Of a DNA stretch of 64,000 nucleotides, positions 17,876 to 26,852 are shown in pieces. Source of the stretch: Muribaculaceae bacterium Isolate-036 (Harlan) (GTDB lineage Bacteria; Bacteroidota; Bacteroidia; Bacteroidales; Muribaculaceae). The stretch lies in assembly GCA_003833075.1 (NCBI GenBank), contig RIAY01000007.1, positions 1 through 64,000 on the forward strand. Direction: 5' to 3'. Positions within the stretch are counted from its first letter, which is position 1, and every line of letters starts with the position of its first letter. The notes under the pieces are model-generated. The model was not told the origin of the DNA, made no database searches, and worked only from the letters and a program-made list of their open reading frames with translations. The position numbers and the translations under genes are program-made.

Positions 17876-19558
17876 ATGCCCAGATATACAATAGAACAAC
17901 TTCAACATATGCGTGAGTCGGAAGACCACGTTGAGTTCAAAAAAGGGGAACACGGAAACGTATCCTATAACGGTGCGGGTAAAGACAAACCACAGGAGCG
18001 TCGCCGGTGTATCCTCGGATATGTCGCTGCTCTCTGTAACGAGGGTGGCGGTCGTATCGTCATAGGTATGCACGATGCCTATCCTCATAAGGTTATCGGC
18101 ACAAAACAGTGTCTTAACGGTATCGGGCAACTTGAGAGTGACATATATCGGGATATGGGCATACGCCCCGACATCTACGAATTGTATGAGGACGAGGAAG
18201 CAAAATCCGGGCGAGTGCTTGTAATCGAGGTTCCTCCGCATCCGATTGGCAAGGTATTCAAATTCGAGGACGTAGCACTTATGCGTGTGGGAGAGGAATT
18301 GAAGCCAATGGATGACAAGACTTTCATCTCCATCATTCAGGAGCAGGAGCCTGATTTCTCGGAGCACATCTGCGAAGGTATCACCATTGATGACCTGGAC
18401 AAAGAGGCAATCAAAGTGATGAAGGAAAGATACGCTGAAAAGCAGAAGAATCCAACATTTACATCATTGTCCGATGCACAGGCATTAAGCGACCTTAGGC
18501 TGATAATTGGAGATAAGGTTACGAATGCCGCGCTACTGCTGGTCGGCAAGGAAGAAGTGATTGAGCGTTTCTATCCTCAGGCAAAAGTAATGCTTGAATA
18601 TCGCAATACAGAAAGCCAGATACACTTTGACAACAGAAAATCTTTCGGTCAGCCGTTCTTCCTTCTGATTGACGAGCTTTGGGAGGAAATAAATCGACGT
18701 AACGGTTCCGTGCCGGTAAGAAAAGGTCCGTACATATTCGACATTCCTTTCTTCAACGAGGACGTTATACGAGAGATTGTTAATAACGCTTTTTCTCATA
18801 GAGATTATAGATTTGGCAGTGAGATTGTAATCAAGCAATATCCTCTAAAATTCACAATCATCAATGGTGGCGGTTTTCCTCATGGCGTGTCAGTCGATAA
18901 TCTTCTGACTACTCCGAGTATGCCACGAAACAGGCTCATCGCTGATGTTCTGTCCAAGACCGGTATCGTAGAACGCTCCGGCCAAGGAGTTGACAAGATA
19001 TTTCTATACACGCTTTCAGAAGGGAAGCCTGCTCCGGATTACTCAAAGACTGACGAGTTCAATGTTACAGCGACATTATCAGCCACTGTGAAGGATACCG
19101 GATTCGCCCTTTATGTGCAGGATATTCAGGATGGACTGCCGGATGACAAGAAACTTACGGTGTTTGAGGTGCTTGCTCTATGTGAAATACGGGATGGAGC
19201 AAAACGACCATCTGACAAGGAGATAGCCTTAAAGCTTGAAAAACTTGGATTCATAGAGAAGCATGGCAAGACCAACGCACAATACTACATTCTACCCCGC
19301 AAATATTATGAACTGAGTGGTGATTTGGCAGCCTATTCGTTAAAGACCGATTGGGACATCAATCAGGTATGGGCTGTACTTCATCCTTTTATGGTCAAAT
19401 ATGGCAAGGCAAAGCGGGCTGATATAAATACCCTTATTGGAACCCATTTGTCGGAAAAGCAACTTCGTAATTTTATTGAGGAGTTGAAACAGCAGGGAAA
19501 ATTGAGAGCAGAAGGAGGAAGAGGGTATGTAGTGTATTATCTTGGAGAGAACGCTTAA
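17876..19558 (+). CDS. AlbA_2 (Schlafen-like) DNA-binding domain plus HATPase_c_4 (RecG C-terminal-like) putative regulator (560 aa)
   Basis: N-terminal Y..E..E.E.VEFK...H motif typical of the divergent-AAA/AlbA_2 family. Starts 3 nt after the upstream stop. Confidence 0.55.
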   Translation: MPRYTIEQLQHMRESEDHVEFKKGEHGNVSYNGAGKDKPQERRRCILGYVAALCNEGGGRIVIGMHDAYPHKVIGTKQCLNGIGQLESDIYRDMGIRPDIYELYEDEEAKSGRVLVIEVPPHPIGKVFKFEDVALMRVGEELKPMDDKTFISIIQEQEPDFSEHICEGITIDDLDKEAIKVMKERYAEKQKNPTFTSLSDAQALSDLRLIIGDKVTNAALLLVGKEEVIERFYPQAKVMLEYRNTESQIHFDNRKSFGQPFFLLIDELWEEINRRNGSVPVRKGPYIFDIPFFNEDVIREIVNNAFSHRDYRFGSEIVIKQYPLKFTIINGGGFPHGVSVDNLLTTPSMPRNRLIADVLSKTGIVERSGQGVDKIFLYTLSEGKPAPDYSKTDEFNVTATLSATVKDTGFALYVQDIQDGLPDDKKLTVFEVLALCEIRDGAKRPSDKEIALKLEKLGFIEKHGKTNAQYYILPRKYYELSGDLAAYSLKTDWDINQVWAVLHPFMVKYGKAKRADINTLIGTHLSEKQLRNFIEELKQQGKLRAEGGRGYVVYYLGENA

Positions 19559-19769
19559 AGGGCGAACTAAAGGGCGAACTTTTACGCCTTATAAGCCATT
19601 TCAACTTGAAATCATCCTCTTATCATGTTGATAATTAGAACTAAACATTAACCGTCAAAGGGCGAACTAAAGGGCAAAAGGATTATAAGCATATTTTAGG
19701 AGACAAAGGGTACTCAGAAAGGAAAAGAAGGGAGCCAGAACGCAATAACGGGAACCATGCCCGGAATAA

Positions 19770-19802
19770 TTTGGAAAGTCTGATAAGGTGGTATTATCTT
19801 TG
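19770..19802 (+). promoter_or_regulatory. Bacteroides sigma-A-type promoter candidate (TTTG, 21 nt spacer, TAtcTTTG)
   Basis: Motifs seen at ~19770 and ~19795. Confidence 0.4.
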
Positions 19803-19888
19803 CCAGAGAATTGTGAGGCGACCATTGCTATATCGGTTATATATACTGAGATACATGTACAACCTTGTGCTATATCCGGCGGAAAATA

Positions 19889-19921
19889 TTTGGCGGGATT
19901 GAAAATTACACTTTATCTTTG
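19889..19921 (+). promoter_or_regulatory. second Bacteroides-type promoter candidate (TTTG, 21 nt spacer, TAtcTTTG)
   Basis: Motifs seen at ~19889 and ~19914. It points rightward into the GC-rich noncoding region. Confidence 0.4.
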
Positions 19922-20039
19922 CCGCTGTAAGGATGAAAAGAAAGTCCGGAACCAGGAGTAGGGGCTAATGCCCGGTCATGCACTACTTTTGGCTATGGAT
20001 GATATTTTTCGCTGAATCGTGAACTTTTTTGGACAAAGC

Positions 20040-21110
20040 TTTGTTAGGAAAGTTGCGGTGGCAAATCTCGCGACCATAGCGGAGCGTCAGATTGCTCTGC
20101 CGTGACGGTTGCGCCCTTATACACCGCAGACACAACCCGCAGCCCAAGAGTGGGCTGACTCCCTATGAGCCGACCCCGAAGGGTCGGATCCGATGCACAA
20201 CACTCGGAGGTGTGTGCCTGAATTTCGCAGCCGGATGCGCAATATCTTGCGAACAAATCGGTGTGCGGGTACTTACCCGAATCTTACACCGACACCGGTG
20301 CCCATATTCAGGCGTGACACTTGTGGACGCTATCGGCACACACCTACATCATACACACCCGATAGCCGACAATGTCAACCGCCGACGGGAGATTGTGCCG
20401 ATTTGGTAATCTCGGAAAATTTTGTTATCTTTATGTAACGATTGAAGGCAGCGCACGCCCGAAGCGACACGTTCAGCTTTATAGACAGGAACAGGAACGA
20501 TGCTCCCCGACGGATGCCATGCCCGATATTGACACTGTAACAATAATAACGAGGTACCTGATCAGAAGACCGGACTCAGAATCCGGAACCACTATGAAAA
20601 GCCTGCTGTTGAATGCGGAACGAACCGCAACGGTTTAACCCGATATCAACTCGCACTAAGGAAGCGATGCTCAACGGATTAAATGCGTGGAACAACGGCA
20701 GAAGAAGAAAGAACGGCACAGCCATAAACTGTCATAGAGCCTATACGAGCTGAATTTTGCGACAGCCATAACTGTGCCCGTACAGAATCTGTACGTCAAA
20801 AACAATCAATTAAAAAGAAGAAGAAATGCGTATGCCTTACCTTATTGCAAAGTAAGACACAACCGCCTTTGTATCTGCCCCGTATAAGGAACAGATGCCC
20901 TCATGTCGTTGCCTTTCGGCGCGATATGGAAAAGGGTGAACCACGCCCTTTGCCGACCCTGACAGGACGGCAGCAACAACCGTCGGCTTTAGCGAAACAT
21001 AGCCGACAGCCCTTCCTATGTCCTTTCGGGGACACGTCACCGCAGCCTCTTTCGTCGCCGGGGCTGTGGGTGATGCAAGTTACTTGGCGATATAACTTTA
21101 ATTTCATAAT
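20040..21110 (+). ncRNA. candidate long structured RNA or structured leader (GC-rich, noncoding) upstream of the xis-like/primase/mob genes
   Basis: About 1.1 kb without any ORF longer than 105 aa. It is visibly GC-rich, roughly 50-60% by eye against ~40% in the flanks. It has many short GC hairpins (for example CGACCCcgaaGGGTCG, CCGGActcagaaTCCGG, GACGGcagcaacaaCCGTC) and two upstream promoters. Confidence 0.3.
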
Positions 21111-21118
21111 CCCCCCAG

Positions 21119-21448
21119 ATGAAATTGAATCTTTTTGACCTTCTTCAGGCGTCGGCACTCGACCCTGACTCCCCCGATATTATCCTCAACGTCCGCCTCT
21201 CTGACCTCCATCAGCTTGTGGTGGACACAATCGAAGCCACCCGCGAGCGTCTGCTCCCCCTCTACATGGAGGCCGAGTCGGACAGGTCAATCACCAAGAA
21301 AGAGGTTGCCGAGCGGCTCGGCGTCTGCGAGACCACGGTCTACAACATGACCAAGGACGGCAGACTCCACCCTTTCAAGGTGAACGGCAGTACCCGCTAC
21401 AGCCTGCGGGAAGTCAACTCCATTATCAACCCCTCTAACGATGACTGA
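21119..21448 (+). CDS. excisionase/AlpA-like helix-turn-helix DNA-binding protein (109 aa)
   Basis: KKEVAERLGVCETTVYNMTKDGRL HTH. 8-nt overlap with the next gene. Confidence 0.6.
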   Translation: MKLNLFDLLQASALDPDSPDIILNVRLSDLHQLVVDTIEATRERLLPLYMEAESDRSITKKEVAERLGVCETTVYNMTKDGRLHPFKVNGSTRYSLREVNSIINPSNDD

Positions 21449-22670
21449 GCTTATGGAAGACGTAATAGTTACACCTCCCGCCGACGACCGCTTCGAGCGC
21501 ATCGGTACCACTTACTACAAGATTGTCCGCCAGCCCAACGCTGCCGGACAGCTCATCGAGCGCAGCATACCGTGGACTATCGAGGCAATCCGTCAGGACT
21601 ACGGCAAGGACTTCCTTGCCAACGTGCCCAAGTACGACGGCTTCTGCTGTGTTCCCTCGCATCTGGACTATAAGCCGGTTGTCGGCAGTTTCAAGAACAA
21701 GTATTCGCCGTTGAGCCATATTCCCGCCGATGGAGAATGGCCATGCATCGAATCGCTTGTGCGCCATATCTTCGGCGAACAGTACGACCTCGGTCTCGAC
21801 TACCTGCAAATACTTTACACCATACCGTTGCAGAAACTTCCGATACTGCTGCTGGTGTCGGAGGAACGGAACACCGGCAAATCCACCTTCCTCAATTTCC
21901 TCAAACTGCTCTTTGAGGCTAATGTCACGTTCAACACCAACGAGAACTTCCGCAGCCAGTTTAACGATGATTGGAACGGCAAGCTGGTAATCGTAGTGGA
22001 CGAGGTGTTGCTCAACAAGCGAGAGGATTCCGAGCGTCTGAAAAACCTCAGCACCACCTACAACTACAAGATGGAGGCCAAAGGACGCGACCGCGAGGAG
22101 GTGAGTTTCTTCGCCAAGTTCGTACTATGCTCCAACAACGAGTATCTCCCCGTGGTCATCGACCCCGGCGAGACCCGCTACTGGGTGCGGAAGGTTCCGA
22201 GGCTTACCACGGACGATACCACGTTTCTGGAGAAAATCCGCTACGAGATACCGGCATTTCTCCATGCCCTGACCTATCGGCAGCTGATAACCGCCGAGGA
22301 AAGCCGCATGTGGTTCAATCCCGCGCTGCTCGACACCGAGGCATTGCAGAAAATCATCCGCGCCAACCGCAACCGTGTGGAGCTGGAGCTTGCCGAGCTG
22401 CTGACCGAGATAATGGACTCGCGCAAAATCGACGAGGTGGATTTCTGCTTCAACGACATCCTGAGTCTATTCGGCTACCGTCAAGTCAAGGCTGACCGTA
22501 GCCAGCTCCGGAAGGTGGTGCAGGACTGCTGGAAGCTCAGACCTGCCTCCAACTCGTTCTGCTACACGACCTACACCGTCGGGATGTTCCTCAACGAAGA
22601 AACATACGTTGAGACCCGCCGTTGCGGACGATACTACACCGTCACCCGTCAGATGTTGGAAAATTTATAA
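21441..22670 (+). CDS. primase/D5-P4-type NTPase-like replication protein (PrmN1-like), 409 aa
   Basis: Walker A ERNTGKST, Walker B LVIVVDEV. The NBU gene order is int, xis-like, prm, mob. Confidence 0.55.
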   Translation: MTELMEDVIVTPPADDRFERIGTTYYKIVRQPNAAGQLIERSIPWTIEAIRQDYGKDFLANVPKYDGFCCVPSHLDYKPVVGSFKNKYSPLSHIPADGEWPCIESLVRHIFGEQYDLGLDYLQILYTIPLQKLPILLLVSEERNTGKSTFLNFLKLLFEANVTFNTNENFRSQFNDDWNGKLVIVVDEVLLNKREDSERLKNLSTTYNYKMEAKGRDREEVSFFAKFVLCSNNEYLPVVIDPGETRYWVRKVPRLTTDDTTFLEKIRYEIPAFLHALTYRQLITAEESRMWFNPALLDTEALQKIIRANRNRVELELAELLTEIMDSRKIDEVDFCFNDILSLFGYRQVKADRSQLRKVVQDCWKLRPASNSFCYTTYTVGMFLNEETYVETRRCGRYYTVTRQMLENL

Positions 22671-22979
22671 TTTTTTCTCGTTGAAATTTGATGAACTGAT
22701 GAAAGGAGAGACAGTCTATTGTTTTTCAGTGCCTTTTCTTCTCATCGGTTATTCATCAACGCTTCATCAAAGGATGAAAGGCAATGAAAAGAAAATATAG
22801 TGGCACTGAGAGAAAACCTCAATTTTCTTTTCCCTCGCCGAAATTTTCTTCTCACCGCCCATATAATAACGATGAAACAATGATGAACAGATAACGCACT
22901 GATATGATTAAATATACCTGTCCGATTCATCAGTTTATCAAATTCAACACCTCACCCGGTCGCCGAGACTTTTATCTCG

Positions 22980-23906
22980 GTGTCCACAATTCACAATGAT
23001 ATGGCAAAATCAACCAAATCCACCAAAGCATCAGGTTTTGATGCGGATAAATACCTTGAGGAACTGGAAGAGGAGTCCCGAAAGGAAAAAGAAGCTGCAA
23101 AGAAAAAGGAAGCTCGCATTATGGAATATTCAATTCCATGGAACATGACAGATAGAGAGCCTCCGCTCCCGGAAATGAAGTTGAACGCATGGCGTTTCAG
23201 ATGGGAGCCCGAGAATCTGGAAGAGTTCATACCGAAATATGGCGAAGATTGCAAGAGGATAATTGCGGAAATCAACGCCGAAAAGAAAAGACGACTCGAC
23301 ACGATTCCGGACGTAAGGCGACCGGGCTACTCGGTGACAGGGAATAAGCTCGATACTGATGAGCCAGCCAATCAACCGGATGCACAGGCAAGCAGTCAAC
23401 CGGAACATCAGTCAACCAAGACAACGGAGACCGAGATACCGGACGATGCGGTGCAACCGCAACCTCAGTCTACCGGTACACCGGTTACACCGTCCGCAGC
23501 TTCCGAGCCGGAGGTGAAAGATGTATTGCCTCCGTCATCGCCGATCACCGATGCTCCCGACGTTCAGAACTCCGACACGGACACAGCTTCTGTTCCGCCA
23601 CAAGCTGAGTCGCGGCCAAACTCCGCCACCGTGGAACAATTGAAAAAGTCCCGCGTCAGTGCCAGGAAGGTCGATGCCGATTTCGAGGAATTGTCCCGAA
23701 GGTATCTCCACGTCGTCAGTCTCGGCGAGAAGAAACCGGTGTTCCTCCCTCTCGAACTCCGCAACGCTTTGGATACTCTCGCCCGGTTGAGTGGTGTACC
23801 GAATCTGGCACCGTCTCACATTGTCATCAACATTCTTAAAGCGTTCTTTGACGATAACCGCGAACTTATCAACTGCAAACTCTCACGTGAGAAATTAAGA
23901 ATCTGA
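22980..23906 (+). CDS. DUF3408-like mobile-element protein with a low-complexity P/S/T/Q-rich linker (308 aa)
   Basis: Conserved-looking C-terminal region and a long low-complexity middle. Lies upstream of the mob genes. Confidence 0.4.
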   Translation: MSTIHNDMAKSTKSTKASGFDADKYLEELEEESRKEKEAAKKKEARIMEYSIPWNMTDREPPLPEMKLNAWRFRWEPENLEEFIPKYGEDCKRIIAEINAEKKRRLDTIPDVRRPGYSVTGNKLDTDEPANQPDAQASSQPEHQSTKTTETEIPDDAVQPQPQSTGTPVTPSAASEPEVKDVLPPSSPITDAPDVQNSDTDTASVPPQAESRPNSATVEQLKKSRVSARKVDADFEELSRRYLHVVSLGEKKPVFLPLELRNALDTLARLSGVPNLAPSHIVINILKAFFDDNRELINCKLSREKLRI

Positions 23907-24105
23907 AATCTACGTGATTCAGGGCGCGGCGGTATCCATCCGCAGGGCTAATGGAGGGGCTAAGCGAGGTTAGATTTTTGTGATACAAAAATCGTCGCAA
24001 CCATGTTGCTCCCCTCGCCACCCTCCATTACACCGGGTGGACCGGTACACCGGTGTAACGAATCCGCTTTGCCCCTCCATTTTCAAACCCTTAATCCCCC
24101 CACGC
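23905..24105. promoter_or_regulatory. candidate oriT region: long inverted repeat TAATGGAGGGG...CCCCTCGCCACCCTCCATTA plus inner IR ACACCGG...CCGGTGT
   Basis: Seen in the sequence immediately upstream of the MobC-like and relaxase genes. Confidence 0.35.
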
Positions 24106-24107
24106 CA

Positions 24108-24491
24108 ATGAAACCGAAATCCCCGACCCGCAAATCGAATCTCAGGGCAGGACACCGCAACGGTCGTCCATCCCTGCCCGAAGAGGAGCGTCAGTCCTAC
24201 GTCCGGCACACGCGATACAACGAGGCTGAAAACACCCTCCTGCTTGCCAATGTCAAGCGCACGGGAATGAAAAATGTCAGCGAATATATACGATCGGTGA
24301 CGCTCAATCCTCACATTGTTCCACGACTCGATGAATCAGAAATGAGAATCGCCCGCAATCTCTCCGGCATGAGCAACAATTTCAACCAGCTCCTTCGCCT
24401 CTGCCATCAGCGCGGACTCGATGCCATGGCCCGCGATGTGCAATACTGCCTCAGCCAATTCCGCGGACTTTTCGCAAAATTAAGTTCCTAA
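24108..24491 (+). CDS. MobC-like mobilization (relaxosome accessory) protein. The ORF track start at 24003 is probably noncoding oriT.
   Basis: R.S...EE......R.T..E...L...AK..G...S.Y.R pattern of Bacteroides MobA/MobC-type proteins. 7-nt gap to the relaxase. Confidence 0.55.
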   Translation: MKPKSPTRKSNLRAGHRNGRPSLPEEERQSYVRHTRYNEAENTLLLANVKRTGMKNVSEYIRSVTLNPHIVPRLDESEMRIARNLSGMSNNFNQLLRLCHQRGLDAMARDVQYCLSQFRGLFAKLSS

Positions 24492-24497
24492 TTTCCT

Positions 24498-25967
24498 ATG
24501 ATAGCATATATAATAAGCGGCTCAGGCTTTGGCGGATGTGTCGATTATGTCACCCGCCGCAAGCTCGAAGAGAAGCTCTATAAGGAGCAGTCGAAAGGTC
24601 TGAAAGCCGATGAAAGAAAATATGAACCCGCGAAGCGGCTCGCGAGTGGGCTTGAAGCGCATGTCAGCGGAGCTGGTGCGCGGTGGCAAAGCCATCAAGA
24701 CCCACCGCAGCGCAACAAAGGAGAGGATATAATCGACCATCTTTCCAAAGACTGGAAACTCCTGTCTTCCTCCGGCGACATAAGGATATATGAAGGCCGC
24801 AAGGCTATGGCTGACGACATCGCCCGACCGTCACGACAACGTAAGCCTATAAAAGACCCGGTCGGTCATATATCACTCGACTTTCATCCAGACGATGCTC
24901 CGAAGATGACGGACGAACTTATGACCGAGGTGGCGCAGGAATATATGAGGCAGATGGGGCTGACCAATACCCCGTACATAGTGGTACGACATTTTGACAA
25001 GGCGCATCCGCACTGTCATATAGTTTTCAGCCGGGTTGATTATGACGGCAAGATTCTGACTCAGACCACCAACTTCAAGAAGAATGAGCGCGTCTGCAAG
25101 GCTCTCAATCTGAAACACCGTCTTACGCAGGGAAAGAGCAAACTTAATACAGATGTTTCAAAACTGCGGGGAAAAGATAAAATCCGTTACCCACTTGTCC
25201 ACAATATAGCCGGAGTGTACATCCGTCCGGAGATTCAGGACTGGAACTCGTTTCTCATTGCTCTTAAGCAACAGGGTATAAGGGTCAAGGAAAAGACCGG
25301 CCAATCAGGGAAAACGAATCTGTATTACTGCACAGGCAGACATGAATTCTGGTATAAGAAACTCGATTCCTTTTTCAGCCGCGAGAATCTTGAATTGAAA
25401 TTCAAGGCTCGTCGAGAGAAACAGCAAGCGGCAAAGACTCAACCCGGAACCGCACCACAGCCTAAACCGCAACGGCAGTCACAGCCTAAATCAAAGCAGC
25501 CGGAGCCTATTGTTATCCCGCCATTGTCGGATATCGTATGCGGCGTAAGGATTGACCGACTAAAGCAGCAAGCCTATCAGGAAGGCAAGTTCATCAGCAT
25601 CGGAATCTGTGACCCCGGAGGCGTTGTGCCAATCAATCATTGGATTTGGTACGATTTCGACAAACGAGAACCCGTAATGAGCCGTACATATCCCTACGAC
25701 CACAAAATCCCCGAAGCCTTCCAGCGACAGTTGGCGTCTAAGCAATCTCCCGCATCATCATCGCAGGGCACCGGAATCCGATTCTCATCGCCTTCTCTCG
25801 GTGGAAACATTCCTGAAGAACAAGGTTTCGCTCACGACAGAGGAATGCCGGACGACTTCAAGCACTTCCTTGAATTGCACCCCGGCATGAGCTTTGAGGA
25901 AGCCAAACGCCGCTTTAAGGACGAGCAAAAAGCCAAGCAACAACGCAAAGGTCCTAAACTGCACTAA
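24498..25967 (+). CDS. relaxase (MobA/VirD2-family mobilization nuclease) with a Pro/Gln-rich linker, 489 aa
   Basis: HISLDFHPDD...AHPHCHIVFSRVD histidine triad region. Confidence 0.7.
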   Translation: MIAYIISGSGFGGCVDYVTRRKLEEKLYKEQSKGLKADERKYEPAKRLASGLEAHVSGAGARWQSHQDPPQRNKGEDIIDHLSKDWKLLSSSGDIRIYEGRKAMADDIARPSRQRKPIKDPVGHISLDFHPDDAPKMTDELMTEVAQEYMRQMGLTNTPYIVVRHFDKAHPHCHIVFSRVDYDGKILTQTTNFKKNERVCKALNLKHRLTQGKSKLNTDVSKLRGKDKIRYPLVHNIAGVYIRPEIQDWNSFLIALKQQGIRVKEKTGQSGKTNLYYCTGRHEFWYKKLDSFFSRENLELKFKARREKQQAAKTQPGTAPQPKPQRQSQPKSKQPEPIVIPPLSDIVCGVRIDRLKQQAYQEGKFISIGICDPGGVVPINHWIWYDFDKREPVMSRTYPYDHKIPEAFQRQLASKQSPASSSQGTGIRFSSPSLGGNIPEEQGFAHDRGMPDDFKHFLELHPGMSFEEAKRRFKDEQKAKQQRKGPKLH

Positions 25968-25969
25968 TC

Positions 25970-26026
25970 AAAAATCCACCGAGAGAAGATCGTTTCTTTC
26001 GGTGGATTAACTTTGTTTTTTTGTGT
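25970..26026 (+). terminator. terminator-like hairpin (TCCACCGAG...TCGGTGGA) followed by a T-run
   Basis: Seen after the relaxase stop. Confidence 0.4.
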
Positions 26027-26210
26027 AATAGTTCGACGAAATAATTTCGTTCTTAGCTCATAAAGTCTGTCCAATATCTATTTTTCTTTGCCTACAAGCC
26101 ATTGCATACTCATATTCAAAGCCATTGCTTTGATACTATTTGGTGCCTCTGATTAAATTAGTTAAAATTATCAATGACAAATGCCTGTCCAATATTTGAT
26201 GTCTGATTAT

Positions 26211-26852
26211 TTATAATTTAGACGAATTTTTGCTCTCCCTTTTTTCTTTGTTTCGTAGGTATCTAGTAGCCAACTCATGATATGATGAGTCTGATTTACT
26301 TAAAAATAATTTGCGTGTGTCGCTGTCGATATCATATTCATCAATTATATCGAAAGTGTTTTGGAGCATTTTAATCTTGACATTGACTCGATCTATTCGT
26401 GACGATATAACCCCCTGCCTTGAAGCCATATCTTCAATTACTGAAAAATCGAGCACTATTTCTTTAAATAGTTTAAGTGCTTCAGGGAGATTTGTCAGAG
26501 ACAGTTGTCTTTGACATTTTTGTATCAGGCTATGGACGAAAACAAGCATTTCTGAAAGTTTTTGCCCTTCAGATGTTTGTGGGAGTTTATCCCTACGCAA
26601 ATCCCTAATCTTATACCAAGTTTTTTTATCACGGATATCATTAGCCACGGCTTCCCCCTCATTGTCTACGCTGGTTACATGCCAGGCACAACAAAATGAG
26701 CAGTAGTAGCTTCTGGACGGGACTTTCCCAGACAAAGAGGCTATTTCATCTCGATTGAACTTGATGAAATTATCTGCCTTTGCTTGAGTTTCAAAGAGCA
26801 TCTTTGGATGTCTGCATCCAATGCAGTATACACGGTTCTTCGTTGGCTTCAT
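26211..26852 (-). CDS. N-terminal Cys4-type zinc-finger protein of unknown function (213 aa)
   Basis: CIGC...(27)...CSFCCAWH. ATGA overlap with the upstream glycosylase-fusion gene. Confidence 0.45.
   Translation of the reverse strand: MKPTKNRVYCIGCRHPKMLFETQAKADNFIKFNRDEIASLSGKVPSRSYYCSFCCAWHVTSVDNEGEAVANDIRDKKTWYKIRDLRRDKLPQTSEGQKLSEMLVFVHSLIQKCQRQLSLTNLPEALKLFKEIVLDFSVIEDMASRQGVISSRIDRVNVKIKMLQNTFDIIDEYDIDSDTRKLFLSKSDSSYHELATRYLRNKEKRESKNSSKL

Noticed and set aside
20044-21158. several 60-110 aa ORFs on both strands in the GC-rich noncoding region
   Set aside because: No start context. They have a Cys/Arg/His-rich random-like composition and overlap each other. The region is better explained as noncoding RNA or DNA sites.
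21523-22495. ORFs 21523..21714, 21730..21990, 21971..22495 (+) and 21435..21809, 21815..22057 (-)
   Set aside because: All are nested in other frames of the primase-like gene. They are Arg/Ser/Pro-rich and read as shadow ORFs.
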